Shown here piece by piece: positions 43,900 through 59,942 of a stretch of DNA of 64,000 bases. The stretch is taken from NCBI GenBank assembly GCA_963763115.1, contig CAVXNM010000078.1, positions 21,477 to 85,476 of the forward strand. The letters run 5' to 3'. The notes beneath the pieces were generated by a model, which was not told where the DNA came from, made no database searches, and worked only from the letters and a program-made list of their open reading frames with translations. Numbering within the stretch: position 1 is the stretch's first letter; each line of letters begins with the position of its first letter. Position numbers and translations under genes: made by a program. The DNA comes from an uncultured Gammaproteobacteria bacterium (GTDB lineage Bacteria; Pseudomonadota; Gammaproteobacteria; UBA9214).

Positions 43900-45072
43900 G
43901 TGAGCAGTGACCCCGCCACAATTCGCGACGCGACACTCGCGCCCTATGCCGCGACAAGCGCCTGCAGCAAAGGACGCTGCCATACCGAGCCCGCGCCTGC
44001 CTACCGCGGCGAATACCAGCGCGACCGCGACCGGATTATTCACTCCGCCGCCTTCCGCCGCCTAGAATACAAAACACAGGTATTCGTCAATCATGAAGGC
44101 GATCTGTTCCGCACCCGGTTGACGCATTCCATCGAGGTCGCCCAGATTGCCCGTTCGATAGCGCGCGCGCTCAGGCTCAACGAAGACCTCACCGAGAGCA
44201 TCGCCCTTGCCCATGACCTTGGCCACACACCGTTCGGCCATGCGGGCCAGGATGCGCTGAATGCCTGTATGCAGGATTTCGGCGGTTTTGAACACAATCT
44301 GCAATCACTGCGTGTAGTTGATGAACTGGAAGAGCGTTATGCCGCGTTCCCCGGATTGAACCTTACCTTCGAAAGCCGCGAAGGCATCCTCAAACACTGT
44401 TCACGCAGAAATGCCGAAACCCTTGGCGAACTGGGGCGCCGTTTTCTGGAAAAGGGGCAGCCATCGCTGGAAGCTCAGTTGACCAACCTGGCCGATGAAA
44501 TCGCCTATAACAGTCATGATGTCGATGACGGCCTGCGTTCCGGACTGATCACAGTGGATGAACTGAGCGAGGTCGCGCTGTTCCGTGAACAATACGGGGA
44601 GGTGCGAATGCATTACCCGGCATTGTCACCGCGGCGCACCGTTCATGAAGTGGTGCGGCGCATCATCAACCGCCAGGTGGTTGATCTGATTGAAACCAGC
44701 AACCGCTACCTCGAGGAGACCGCTCCCGCCGACATCGACGTGGTACGCGAGCAGGACAAGCCGCTGATCGCCTTCAGTGGCGGCATGCATGATCAGAATC
44801 TGGAGCTCAAACGTTTCCTGCGCACCCGACTCTACCGACACTACCGGGTACATCGGATGACGGCCAAAGCGGCGCGAACCATTACCGCCCTGTTCACCGT
44901 CTTTCATGATGACCCGCGCCTACTACCGTCGGATGTCCAGCAGCAAGCGGCCATGAAAGAGGAGCAACACGGAAAAGACGGGCGGGCACGTGTGGTTGCA
45001 GACTATATCGCCGGCATGACGGACCGTTATGCGATCGCGGAATACGAACGCACCTTCAATCCGGGCATATAG
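43900..45072 (+). CDS. dGTPase-like HD-domain phosphohydrolase (Dgt type 2)
   Basis: [15 protein letters not shown]...[10 protein letters not shown] is an HD motif. Confidence 0.8.
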   Translation: MSSDPATIRDATLAPYAATSACSKGRCHTEPAPAYRGEYQRDRDRIIHSAAFRRLEYKTQVFVNHEGDLFRTRLTHSIEVAQIARSIARALRLNEDLTESIALAHDLGHTPFGHAGQDALNACMQDFGGFEHNLQSLRVVDELEERYAAFPGLNLTFESREGILKHCSRRNAETLGELGRRFLEKGQPSLEAQLTNLADEIAYNSHDVDDGLRSGLITVDELSEVALFREQYGEVRMHYPALSPRRTVHEVVRRIINRQVVDLIETSNRYLEETAPADIDVVREQDKPLIAFSGGMHDQNLELKRFLRTRLYRHYRVHRMTAKAARTITALFTVFHDDPRLLPSDVQQQAAMKEEQHGKDGRARVVADYIAGMTDRYAIAEYERTFNPGI

Positions 45073-45258
45073 ACATCGTTTCCCGTGTCCGGACACTGCC
45101 CGATAAAAAACCGATTCTGCAAGCTGACACGTTATTCTTCAGCCATAATCACTCGAGCCCCGGTTCACGGCAGTATGGGTATGATTTGCCGGGATAAATG
45201 ATCCGTTGCTGGTTGCAGCATAGTATCATAACACCTCATTACCGAACGGCGACTCCCA

Positions 45259-45504
45259 GTGCGACTCTACATGCAAATTCCACCTCAGGGTGAGCATCCG
45301 CCGCGCTACTATCACCTACACCTGCAGGAGGACCTGCTCGAGGGCTGGACGTTGATACGTGAGTGGGGATATCAGGGTTCCGGGGGTCGCGTCCTGCGCG
45401 AGCACTATGCGGATCGAGAAGAAGCCGAAGCGGCCCTGATCCGGGTCCGCGATGAACAGCTCAAGCGAGGCTATCTTGTCGTCTTCATGCAGTCGCAAAC
45501 CTGA
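45259..45504 (+). CDS. small WGR-domain protein
   Basis: GWTLIREWGYQGSGGRVL is the WGR signature. 81 aa. Confidence 0.5.
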   Translation: MRLYMQIPPQGEHPPRYYHLHLQEDLLEGWTLIREWGYQGSGGRVLREHYADREEAEAALIRVRDEQLKRGYLVVFMQSQT

Positions 45505-45745
45505 CCGACCCGCACGTCGGCATTGCAAATACCTGTTATGACTAAGGAAAAACCCAAGGCCGCAAATTGAACACCAGGTCATGCGGCGCTATACTACTTG
45601 GCCTTTTGGCCGCTGGTTGATGCGCTGCCGCCGTCCGCAGGCCGATACCGGATTTGAAATGTAACGCATTGTATCTGCGACTTTCTTCGCAATGGTCTCG
45701 CGAATCTGCGAACAGCTGAAAGCGCACAACCACAGGGTATTGCCA

Positions 45746-50382
<4,637 letters not shown>

Positions 50383-50386
<4 letters not shown>

Positions 50387-51831
50387 ACATGGGCAAACCC
50401 ACCGGTTTCATGGAATTCGAACGGGTTGACCGCTCCTATGCCCCACCCGCCGACCGGGTGAATCATTACAGGGAGTTCATCATCCCGCTGGATGAGAAGG
50501 AGGCCAGCCGTCAGGGCGCCCGTTGCATGGACTGCGGCATACCCTTTTGTCACCAGGGCTGTCCGGTCAATAACATCATTCCGGACTGGAATGACCTAGT
50601 CTACCGGGGAGAGTGGCGTGAAGCCCTGGCGGTGCTGCACTCAACCAACAATTTCCCGGAATTCACCGGCCGCATCTGCCCGGCGCCGTGCGAGGCCGCC
50701 TGCACCCTGAACATCGATGACAAGCCGGTTACGATCAAGACCATCGAATGCGCCATCATCGACAAGGCCTGGGAGAACAATTGGATAAGCCCGCAACCCG
50801 CCAGGCGCAGAACCGGCAAGCGCGTCGCCCTCGTCGGGTCCGGTCCGGCGGGGCTTGCCTGCGCCCAGCAGCTGGCGCGCGTCGGCCACGAGGTCGAGGT
50901 ATTCGAAAAGCACGACCGCATCGGTGGATTGATGCGCTACGGCATACCTGATTTCAAAATGGAAAAACACCACATCGACCGGCGCATCGCGCAGCTGCTT
51001 GCCGAGGGGGTAACCTTTCGCACCAACGTACACATCGGCGTCACTCTGCCTACCCGGAAACTGCTTGAGGAATTCGATGCGGTGGGGCTCACCGGCGGGT
51101 CAGAACAGCCGCGCGATCTGGAAGTCCCCGGCAGGGAACTCGATGGCGTGCATTTCGCAATGACCTTCCTGCCGCAGCAGAACAGGCGCAATGCCGGAGA
51201 CGAGATCGATCCGGCGCAGGCAATAAGCGCTGCGGACAAACATGTCATCGTGATTGGCGGCGGCGACACCGGCTCCGACTGCATCGGCACCTCGTTCCGC
51301 CAGGGCGCACTCTCCGTGACCCAGCTAGAAATCCTCCCGCGCCCGCCGGATCAGGAAGACAAGGGTCTGACCTGGCCCGACTGGCCCAACAAGCTGCGCA
51401 CTTCCAGCTCCCAGGAGGAAGGTGCCGAGCGTGAATGGGCCGTCGCCACCAAATCCATCGAGGGCAGCAACGGTGTAGTCAGCGCCATCAATTGCGTGCG
51501 GCTGAACTGGAAACGCGACGAACAGAGCCGCTGGAACATGGAGGAGATTCCGGGCAGCGAGTTTCGTCTCAAGGCCGACCTGGTGCTGCTCGCCATGGGC
51601 TTCGTCCATCCCGTGCGTGAAGGCATGCTGCAGGATCTGGGTGTGGCGTTGGATGCGCGCGGCAATGTCCAGGCTGACACCGAACGCTACCAAACATCCC
51701 TGCCCGAGGTGTTCGCCGCCGGTGACATGCGCCGCGGCCAGTCGCTGGTCGTCTGGGCCATCCGTGAGGGACGGCAATGCGCCCGGGCAATCGATGAGTT
51801 CTTAATGGGCATATCCGAGCTGCCGCGGTAG
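50383..51831 (+). CDS. gltD: glutamate synthase small subunit
   Basis: Collinear with E. coli GltD ([33 protein letters not shown]). ATGA overlap with gltB. Confidence 0.9.
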
Positions 51832-51862
51832 TCGGTGGTGATAGCTGACTGACTTGATAAAA

Positions 51863-51940
51863 CTCACCGCAGAGACGCAAAGAACGCAAATTTTTAATTG
51901 ATTTCGTTAAAGAATTTCACTGTGTTCTTTGCGGTGAAAA
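51863..51940. repeat. REP-like inverted repeat, second copy of the TTCACCGCAGAGACGCAAAG family
   Basis: ctcaccgcagagacgcaaagaacgcaaa...AT-rich loop...gttctttgcggtgaaaa. A third half-copy at 52079-52105 abuts the hemE start. Confidence 0.55.
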
Positions 51941-52109
51941 TGGTGTTTATGGATGCCACTATAAATATAAACAGCGAATAACGACAACCGCGATAACGGA
52001 GAGCGGGTAGCCGTACCTATTAATGATCTATAAAGTTAATGATCTGTAAAGTCAGGTCGTATTGACCGCTTTCCCCGTCGATCTCTGCGTCTCTGCGGTG
52101 AAACATACT

Positions 52110-53174
52110 ATGCCCAAGCTGAAAAACGACCGTTTGATCCGTGCCCTGCTACGCCAGCCGGTCGATGTCACGCCGGTCTGGATGATGCGCCAGGCGGGCC
52201 GCTACCTGCCGGAATACCGTGAAACGCGCAAGCGCGCCGGCAGTTTCATGGACCTGTGCACCAACCCGGAGCTAGCCTGCCAGGTCACCCTGCAACCGAT
52301 CGACCGTTTTCCGCTCGATGCCGCCATCCTGTTCTCCGACATCCTCACCATCCCGGATGCCATGGGCCTGGGGCTTTTTTTCGAGGAAGGCGAAGGCCCG
52401 CGTTTTCACAAACCGGTGCGCACCGCGGCCGACGTCGAGGCGCTGGGGAATCCCGACCCGGAAACGGAACTGCGTTACGTGATCGACGCCGTTCGCCTGA
52501 TCCGCCGTGAACTCAACGGGCGGGTGCCGCTGATCGGATTCTCCGGCAGCCCATGGACGCTGGCCACCTACATGGTCGAAGGCGGCTCGACCAAGAGCTT
52601 CGCACACGTCAAGGGCATGCTGTACAATGAACCAGCGCTGTTGCACCGTCTGCTGGCGAAGCTGGCGGATGCGGTTATCGACTACCTGAACGCCCAGATC
52701 GCCGCCGGCGCGCAGGTGGTCATGATCTTCGACACCTGGGGCGGCGTACTCACGCAGGACGACTATGCCGACTTCTCGCTGCAGTACATGCGGCGCATCG
52801 TCGCCGGTCTGATGCGGGAGCTCGACGGCAACAGGATACCGGTCATCCTGTTCACCAAGGGCGGCTGCCAGTGGCTGGAGGCGATGGCCGATACCGGTGC
52901 GGATGCCCTCGGCATCGACTGGTCTACCGATCTGGCGCTGGCGCGCCAGCGCGTCGGCGACCGAGTCGCGTTGCAGGGCAACCTGGACCCGGCCGTGCTC
53001 TACGGCTCCCCGGCCGTCATCCGCGATCGGGTCTCCGGCGTGCTGGCCCAGTTCGGCGCAGGTTCCGGGCATGTCTTCAACCTCGGGCACGGCATCAACC
53101 CGGATGTCGATCCGGAACACGCCGGCGTGCTGGTCGAGGCCGTGCATGAACTCAGCCGGCCGTACCATCAGTAA
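52110..53174 (+). CDS. hemE: uroporphyrinogen decarboxylase
   Basis: Collinear with E. coli HemE from [35 protein letters not shown]. Confidence 0.92.
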   Translation: MPKLKNDRLIRALLRQPVDVTPVWMMRQAGRYLPEYRETRKRAGSFMDLCTNPELACQVTLQPIDRFPLDAAILFSDILTIPDAMGLGLFFEEGEGPRFHKPVRTAADVEALGNPDPETELRYVIDAVRLIRRELNGRVPLIGFSGSPWTLATYMVEGGSTKSFAHVKGMLYNEPALLHRLLAKLADAVIDYLNAQIAAGAQVVMIFDTWGGVLTQDDYADFSLQYMRRIVAGLMRELDGNRIPVILFTKGGCQWLEAMADTGADALGIDWSTDLALARQRVGDRVALQGNLDPAVLYGSPAVIRDRVSGVLAQFGAGSGHVFNLGHGINPDVDPEHAGVLVEAVHELSRPYHQ

Positions 53175-53405
53175 GCGCCGCAAGTCGGTAATTCCGACGT
53201 CTCTCGAATCCGGGCTTGCCATTGTTATTGGGTAACACGTTAATTCTGATTCAACTCCATAGACACCTCATGCCGGGCAAGTCCTTCCGTGACACGCTGT
53301 GAATACCCCCTGTACGCTCGACGACCGCTTACCTGTGGCCGACAGTCACGAGGCGATTTGTCCGGCATGAACTCTTGCCGGCGCAGTCCCCGGTAACATG
53401 CGGGA

Positions 53406-53876
53406 ATGCCTAACTTAACCAGACTCAAACTCGCGTGGTTTACCGTTTCGGCCATGCTGATCGCCGGCGCCGTCCTGCCCATGTTCACCTTCAGTCAGTT
53501 CTACATCTTCAACGACACATTTTCACTGGTATCAGGCATCTATTACCTGCTGGCGGAAGGCGAGCCGCTGCTTTTTATTGTCGTGTTTTCCTTCAGCATC
53601 CTGATGCCGGCCTGGAAGATGGTCCTCCTGTACCGCCTGCTGCACGCGCAGGATGGTGACAATGCGCGGCGGCAACGGCAGCTGCATGTCCTGTCCTTTC
53701 TCGGCAAGTGGTCGATGCTCGATGTCTTCGTGGTGGCAATACTGGTGGTGACGGTGAAACTCGGGGCGATCGCCAGCATCACGGTCCATTCCGGCATCTA
53801 CCTGTTCACCCTGGCGGTGCTGGCCAGCATGCTGCTGACCCACAAGATCGCCACCCTGGCCGGTACGGACCTCTGA
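53406..53876 (+). CDS. PqiA-family (paraquat-inducible protein A-like) single-domain membrane protein
   Basis: Four TM segments with the PqiA-like LGKWSMLDVFVVA motif. No pqiB partner nearby. Confidence 0.55.
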   Translation: MPNLTRLKLAWFTVSAMLIAGAVLPMFTFSQFYIFNDTFSLVSGIYYLLAEGEPLLFIVVFSFSILMPAWKMVLLYRLLHAQDGDNARRQRQLHVLSFLGKWSMLDVFVVAILVVTVKLGAIASITVHSGIYLFTLAVLASMLLTHKIATLAGTDL

Positions 53877-54160
53877 GAACCGGGTAAATATTACCGGTAC
53901 ACGATCGGGACTTACCAAGTCGATATGTTGGGTGGGGTAGCGCTTTTTGCGTAACCCACCAGGCGTTGCACAGCAACACAATGCAATTTTTTAGTGAGTG
54001 CCTGACTTAGTGAGTGCCTGACGGTACGGCTGGCGGGTTACGGCACAAACGGCGTGCCTAACCCGCCCTACATCGTTTGAGCACACGGGTAAGCGCCATT
54101 CCATCAGGACGCCAGGGATTCCATTCACATTAACCTCAGCGAACTGGATCATCCCCGGCA

Positions 54161-54784
54161 TCAGGGAAGGGTATCCCCCGTTGCGCGCTGCCGCCGCGAG
54201 TAATAGAACCAGACTGCCCCCGCAACCAGTAGCAGCACCACCACGATATCGACCTGGTGTGAGTACTGCTGCACCACATGCCAGTGCTCGCGCAGCTTCA
54301 ACCCGCAGACCAACAGGAACGTGTTCCAGATCGAGGCTCCCGTTCCCGTGGCCACCAGAAATGGCATCAACGGCATACGCCCCGTGCCCGCCGGTATGGA
54401 AATGAAATGCCGAACGACCGGGATGAAGCGGCAGAAGAAAACCGTCCAGGTACCGCGATACTCGTGGAAAAACCGCTCGGTCCATTCCAGATCATGCGTG
54501 TTGAGCAGGAGATACTTACCGACCTTGAGCACGAACGGGCGGCCACCGTAATAGCCCATCGCATAGGAAATCGCCGAACCGGCGAGCGAGCCCAGGCTAG
54601 CGGCGAGGACCGCCGGCCAGAAACTCCATTTGCCGTCGGCGACGAGGAACCCCACGAAGGGCATCACCGCCTCGCTCGGCACCGGCGCGATCATGCTCTC
54701 CAGCGCCATCAGCAATCCGGCACCGAGATAACCGGTAGCGTCCAGTACCCGTACCGCGAGATCTGCAATCCATTCCGTGATCAT
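54161..54784 (-). CDS. DedA/SNARE-associated family membrane protein
   Basis: GYLGAGLLMALESMIAPVPSE is the DedA signature. Confidence 0.8.
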   Translation of the reverse strand: MITEWIADLAVRVLDATGYLGAGLLMALESMIAPVPSEAVMPFVGFLVADGKWSFWPAVLAASLGSLAGSAISYAMGYYGGRPFVLKVGKYLLLNTHDLEWTERFFHEYRGTWTVFFCRFIPVVRHFISIPAGTGRMPLMPFLVATGTGASIWNTFLLVCGLKLREHWHVVQQYSHQVDIVVVLLLVAGAVWFYYSRRQRATGDTLP

Positions 54785-54937
54785 GGATACCGGCCTCTGA
54801 AAAATGGTGTGGTGTCGACGAAGCAACCCAAGCTAACCCCCAGCCGTCGGCGCGTCAACATGGTCCCGCTTGCTCCCGGAGTTCACTCGTGGGGGAATCG
54901 AACAGGGTGCCAAGCAAGAGAACTACCCGAAGGTGTG

Positions 54938-55822
54938 CTAGCCCAGCTCGGACAGCAGCCTGTCGATCATCCCCTGCGCCTGGGAAAGATACCCGCCGCC
55001 GAAGAGATTGAGGTGATTAAGAACATGGTAGAGGTTGTAGAGCGTCTTGCGCACCGCATACCCTTCGTCGAGCGGATAGGCCTCACGATAGGCGACATAG
55101 AACTCGCGTCCGAAACCGCCGAACAGTTCCGTCATGGCGAGGTCCGCTTCGCGGTCACCGTAGTAGACGGCCGGATCGAAAATCACCGGCTCGCCTTCAC
55201 GCGTGTAGGCGTAATTGCCGGACCAGAGATCACCGTGCAGCAGGGAGGGGATCGGTCGATACTCCGCGAACAGTCGCGGAAATTCATCGAGCAGCCGTTC
55301 GCCGCGCTCGCGCAGACGCCCGCCGTGACCATGGCGTACGGCCAGATCGAGCTGGAACCGCAGGCGGTGTTCGCGCCAGAAGACCATCCAGTCCGATTCC
55401 GGCGTATTGATCTGCGGGGTGGAGCCGATGGTGTTGTCCTGCACCCAGCCGAACCGCGCCTGCGTAACCTGGTGCAGGCGCGCCAGACCTCGGCCGAGCG
55501 CTGCCGGATCGCCCCTGCCGCCAAGCGCGAGATCCTCCAGCACTAGCCAGGCGGACTGTTCGTCGGCACCCCGGCACAGGGGCTCCGGCACCCGCAAACT
55601 GTCGCTGTCACGCAGCTCGCGCAAGCCCCGCGCCTCGGCTTCGAACATGTCTGCATGAGCGGCGCTGTTGAGCTTGACGAAATAGGTGTTACCGCTGTAG
55701 CTCAGTCGCATGGCCTGGTTGATGCATCCGCCACCCACTGCGCCCAGCGGAGCTGCCGTGCCCTGCTCCCCGGTAGCTTGCGCGAGGCCGTCGCCAATCG
55801 CTTCCCACAGTGACATGCGCAC
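54938..55822 (-). CDS. fructosamine/ketosamine-3-kinase family protein
   Basis: SLLHGDLWSGN and FDPAVYYGDREADLAM kinase motifs. Confidence 0.82.
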   Translation of the reverse strand: MRMSLWEAIGDGLAQATGEQGTAAPLGAVGGGCINQAMRLSYSGNTYFVKLNSAAHADMFEAEARGLRELRDSDSLRVPEPLCRGADEQSAWLVLEDLALGGRGDPAALGRGLARLHQVTQARFGWVQDNTIGSTPQINTPESDWMVFWREHRLRFQLDLAVRHGHGGRLRERGERLLDEFPRLFAEYRPIPSLLHGDLWSGNYAYTREGEPVIFDPAVYYGDREADLAMTELFGGFGREFYVAYREAYPLDEGYAVRKTLYNLYHVLNHLNLFGGGYLSQAQGMIDRLLSELG

Positions 55823-55878
55823 TATCCCTTGTCCGTAACCCGGTTATCCCGGCTTAGTGTACCGGCAGACTGCTGTTA

Positions 55879-56481
55879 CTAGCGCGGACTCGGGCTCAGG
55901 CGCCCGTGCAGGGGACTGGTGCGGGGAAAGTGCGCGCGCAGGAACTCCATCTGGTCGGCCAGCACCCGCCGCCCCTGCAGGTAGATGAACTCGGCATGGG
56001 TCGGGGTAAACGGCACGGCCAGCAGCTGCATGGCGGCCTGCTCCGGCGTACGGCCGGCCTTGTGGTTGTTACAGCGCCGGCAGGCGGTAACGACGTTGTT
56101 CCAGATGTCCCTGCCACCCTGGATGATCGGTGTCACATGATCGCGTGACAGATCCTTCGGACGGAAGGTCTCGCCGCAGTACAGGCACAGGTGGGAATCG
56201 CGGCGGAACAGTGCCAGGTTGTTGAGCGGCGGCACGTAGCAGTCGCGCAGCCGGTTGAGGCTGTGGTTCCTGCCGTAGGTCGCGATAATGGAATTGACTT
56301 CTATGATGCTGCGCCGGCCGGTGCGGGCATTGATCCCACCATGGACCCGGTACAGCAGGGTGCCGCAAGTATAGGCCACCTGTTCCATATAGTACAGACG
56401 CACGGCGTTCTGGTAGCCGATCCATTCCATCGGCATACCGGAAACGTCCGTCCGCAAGACCTGATGATTCAACTCAAACAT
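55879..56481 (-). CDS. HNH endonuclease family protein
   Basis: CLYCG...DHVTPIIQGG...CRRCNNHK is an HNH motif. 200 aa. Confidence 0.75.
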   Translation of the reverse strand: MFELNHQVLRTDVSGMPMEWIGYQNAVRLYYMEQVAYTCGTLLYRVHGGINARTGRRSIIEVNSIIATYGRNHSLNRLRDCYVPPLNNLALFRRDSHLCLYCGETFRPKDLSRDHVTPIIQGGRDIWNNVVTACRRCNNHKAGRTPEQAAMQLLAVPFTPTHAEFIYLQGRRVLADQMEFLRAHFPRTSPLHGRLSPSPR

Positions 56482-56654
56482 AGCCAGACCCGTGGTGCCA
56501 TGCCGTGGCCGTGTGCAATACGCAGCAGGCCACGCTGCGTCAGTTATTTAACAGAATTGGTGGAAAAAGGCTACCCTGAAACGATGACCGTCGGCGGAGC
56601 ACGCTCTGGCCAGCCCCGGACACGTGGACGACATGCCGTCACAGCTTCACTCGG

Positions 56655-56824
56655 CTAGGAGCCTGTCCGAGTAATCTGTGCGTCGCGAGGCGAGTAGGAA
56701 ATCGAGGACAGTTACGCGATCATTAGAGTAGACATAGAGGGTTCCATTTGACGAGAAGGATCGTGGAGATGGACCGATTGCCCGCCGCCGCAGTAGCCAC
56801 AAGATTACTCGGACAGGCTCCTAG
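56655..56824. repeat. 170-bp element bounded by perfect 23-bp inverted repeats (CTAGGAGCCTGTCCGAGTAATCT) separated by a 124-bp spacer
   Basis: Arms at 56655-56677 and 56802-56824 are exact reverse complements. The element lies in the 5' intergenic region of the DsrL-like gene. Confidence 0.55.
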
Positions 56825-56890
56825 GAATGAAACACCGATTTCAAGTAATATGCCCGTTCAACAATAATCCTGCCGGGGTCTTGCCTGACG

Positions 56891-58816
56891 ATGGACGACA
56901 AACTGACTTTCCGCCGCTACAAGGACGGTGAGCACACCTACCAGCGCTGGGTTGAGGAAATCTTCAATGAAGATCGCTCCTACAAATGCCCAACCTATGT
57001 GCACCGCACCCCGCCCTGCCAGGGCAGCTGCCCGTCCGGCGAGGACATTCGCGGCTGGCTGCAGATCGTGTGCGGCATCGAGAAGCCGCCCGCCGGCATA
57101 AGCTGGCAGGAATACGCCTTCCGCCGCTCCACCGCAGCCAATCCCTTCCCCGCCATCATGGGCCGGGTCTGCCCCGCCCCCTGCCAGGAAGGCTGTAACC
57201 GCAATGAGGTGGAGGATTTCGTCGGCATTAATGCGGTCGAACAGTTCATCGGCGATCACGCCCTGGCGCAGGGATTCGCCTTCCACAAACCGGAGCGGGA
57301 AACCGGCAAGCGGGTCGCCATCGTCGGCGGCGGCGTGGCCGGGCTGGCCGCCGCCTGTCAGCTGCGGCGGCTGGGTCACGGCGTCACGGTGTTCGACGAA
57401 CGCGCCGAACTCGGCGGCATGTCGCGCTACGGCATCCCGGGCTACCGTATGCCGCGCGACGTCATGGACGGCGAAATCCGGCGCATACTCGATCTGGGCG
57501 TCGAGGTCCGGCACAACACGCGGGTCGGCCGGGACATCGGCTTCGATCAGCTGGAGCGCGACTACGACGCCATCCTGCTCACCATCGGTGCGCAGCGGGG
57601 CCGCACACTGGACGTCCCCGGGGGCGATGCACCCAACTGCGTGAGCGGCGTCGCCTTCCTTGCCGCCTTCAATGAAGGACGCATGCAATTCACGGCCGAG
57701 AAAGTTGTGGTGATCGGCGGCGGCGATACCGCGATGGACGTCATCTCGGTGGCGCGCCGGCTGGGGCATATCAAGAACGCCCGCGAGAACGACCGACCGG
57801 AAGCCATCATCCGCAACCTGACGGCACACGACGTCGCCACCGCCGCCCGGCGCGAGGGATCGGAAGTCCTGCTCATCTACCGGCGGCCGATTGCGAACAT
57901 GCCGGCGGCGCAGCACGAGGTGGAAACCGCGGAGAAGGAAGGGGTGAAAATCCGCGGCAGCCTGGTCCCGGTCGAGCTGATCATGGGGGAGGACGGTCGC
58001 GCCCGCGCCCTGCGGGTCATCGAGGTCGACTGGATCGGTGGCAGGATGACGCCGCGCGAGGGTTCGGAGTTCGACATCGAATGCGACCTCGTGGTCCCGG
58101 CCGTCGGCCAGTCCGGCGACCTGGAAGGACTGGAGTCCTTCGACAACGGCCGCGGCCTGATCGGCTGCGACGCCTATTACCAGGTGTCGGGCAAACCCGG
58201 CTATTTTGCCTGCGGCGATATCGTACGCCCGCACCTGCTGACCACGGCCATCGGCCAAGCCGCCATTGCCGCCGACAGCATCGACCGCTATCTCAACCGC
58301 AAGGAGGTCGACCGGCGCCCCAAGGTGGATGTGCATCACTTCAAGCTGCTGGACAAGCTGCGCGAGACCGAACTCGCGCCGGAGGACTACGGTCACGGGC
58401 CGGAATGGGGCACCGATTCCGCCGGGTTCGCGGTGCACAACTACGAGGACCGATCCCAGCAGGAAATCATCTCCCACGAGATGCTCTACCTCGGGCACTT
58501 CCCGTTCTCAGCCCGGCACCAGCGCATGGAAACCGGAGTGGGCGCGGCCGAGGTGCTGGGGCATTTCGAGGAGCGCTTCGAGGGACTGCCGGAAGAGGAG
58601 GCCCGGGCCGAGGCCGGGCGCTGCATGAGCTGCGGCATGTGCTTCGAGTGCGACAACTGCGTGATCTACTGCCCGCAGGATGCCGTGAAACGCACCCCGA
58701 AGGACCAAGCCACCATGGGGCGCTACGTCTACACCGACTACGACCGCTGCATCGGCTGTCACATCTGCGCCGAGGTCTGCCCAACCGGCTACATCAACAT
58801 GGGGCTGGGCGCCTGA
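56891..58816 (+). CDS. GltD-family FAD/NAD(P)H oxidoreductase with a C-terminal 2x[4Fe-4S] ferredoxin domain (DsrL/NfnB-like)
   Basis: N-terminal GltD-like Cys cluster. Two Rossmann motifs, IVGGGVAGLAAA and VIGGGDTAMD. C-terminal CMSCGMCFECDNC...CIGCHICAEVCP. Confidence 0.65.
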   Translation: MDDKLTFRRYKDGEHTYQRWVEEIFNEDRSYKCPTYVHRTPPCQGSCPSGEDIRGWLQIVCGIEKPPAGISWQEYAFRRSTAANPFPAIMGRVCPAPCQEGCNRNEVEDFVGINAVEQFIGDHALAQGFAFHKPERETGKRVAIVGGGVAGLAAACQLRRLGHGVTVFDERAELGGMSRYGIPGYRMPRDVMDGEIRRILDLGVEVRHNTRVGRDIGFDQLERDYDAILLTIGAQRGRTLDVPGGDAPNCVSGVAFLAAFNEGRMQFTAEKVVVIGGGDTAMDVISVARRLGHIKNARENDRPEAIIRNLTAHDVATAARREGSEVLLIYRRPIANMPAAQHEVETAEKEGVKIRGSLVPVELIMGEDGRARALRVIEVDWIGGRMTPREGSEFDIECDLVVPAVGQSGDLEGLESFDNGRGLIGCDAYYQVSGKPGYFACGDIVRPHLLTTAIGQAAIAADSIDRYLNRKEVDRRPKVDVHHFKLLDKLRETELAPEDYGHGPEWGTDSAGFAVHNYEDRSQQEIISHEMLYLGHFPFSARHQRMETGVGAAEVLGHFEERFEGLPEEEARAEAGRCMSCGMCFECDNCVIYCPQDAVKRTPKDQATMGRYVYTDYDRCIGCHICAEVCPTGYINMGLGA

Positions 58817-58988
58817 TTCGCCATCGTCCAGACCTGCTACTCTAAACAGTCATTCAAATTCGGCTGTCAATCCGCCGGGTTTCAGATTGAACAATTACAG
58901 GGAATAACAGGTCCTGATAATGGACAAGTTTGTCTTTCCTTTGAGGACAGGTTTGCCGGTAACGCCTCCATAGTCGAGTGCAGTCCGC

Positions 58989-59942
58989 TTGCGAAACCAA
59001 AACATGTTTGACAAAAATGCACGTCACTGGATCTATGTCGTTCCCCTCGCAATAGGCTCCGTACTCCTGTTTCTGGGTGGACCGGATTATTACTCATCCC
59101 GCTCATTCACGCATTTCTGGGATATTGGCCATATTGTCTATTTCGCGTTGTTAGCTGGCTTGCTGCTCCGATGGCGTTTTGTCACCGAAATGTCTTTGGC
59201 AGGACAATGGATCATTATTCTCGTTATAACCCTGCTGGCTGGTGTTTCGATCGAGTTCATGCAGCATGGTACTGCGCGTACGCCGGACATTGGCGACGTG
59301 CTGCGCGACTTGACAGGCAGTCTTATTGTTCTGGTATTCGGTTCCTCAAGCCCGGAATTACGACCCGTCAGTTTACGGGTCTCCCTGCGGGTTACTGTGT
59401 TGATGCTCTCACTCGTCCAGCTATGGCCGGTGACAAAAAGCCTGATTGATGAAGCGATTGCAAGGCATCAGTTCCCGCTTCTGTCTGATTTTGAAACACC
59501 GTTCGAAATCGATCGCTGGACAGGCAGTGCCAAGCTATCTATAGAAACGATGCCTTCAATCGCCCAGACAAGGCTGCTGAAGCTGTCACTGACAACAGAT
59601 CAATATTCAGGTGCAGCACTCAAATACTTTGATGGTAACTGGACATCGGCCAGCAGGTTGAAATTCAGTCTTTATAATCCCGATGAAAATCCTCTACAGA
59701 TTACCTGCCGGATTCATGATCTTCAACATGCCGATGGCCACGAGGAATATGATGACCGCTTCAATCGCAAATACCTTCTGATGCATGGATGGAACCACAT
59801 TGAAATAGACCTTGATGAAGTAAAAAGAAGCCCTGCACATCGCAGCATGGACATGAGCCGAATCCGGGGATTTGGACTTTTCGTGACTTCACTACCCGCG
59901 CCCCGAATACTCTATCTGGATAATGTACGACTGTCTCCTTGA
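58989..59942 (+). CDS. VanZ-like membrane protein with a C-terminal extracytoplasmic domain
   Basis: 4-TM VanZ-like N-terminus (DIGDVLRDLTG). Gene GC is visibly lower than the surroundings. Confidence 0.5.
   Translation: MRNQNMFDKNARHWIYVVPLAIGSVLLFLGGPDYYSSRSFTHFWDIGHIVYFALLAGLLLRWRFVTEMSLAGQWIIILVITLLAGVSIEFMQHGTARTPDIGDVLRDLTGSLIVLVFGSSSPELRPVSLRVSLRVTVLMLSLVQLWPVTKSLIDEAIARHQFPLLSDFETPFEIDRWTGSAKLSIETMPSIAQTRLLKLSLTTDQYSGAALKYFDGNWTSASRLKFSLYNPDENPLQITCRIHDLQHADGHEEYDDRFNRKYLLMHGWNHIEIDLDEVKRSPAHRSMDMSRIRGFGLFVTSLPAPRILYLDNVRLSP

Noticed and set aside
53991-54022. Tandem 16-bp direct repeat TTAGTGAGTGCCTGAC x2
   Set aside because: Only two units in an intergenic region after the PqiA-like gene. 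Too short for a CRISPR or VNTR call. Probably a trivial duplication.
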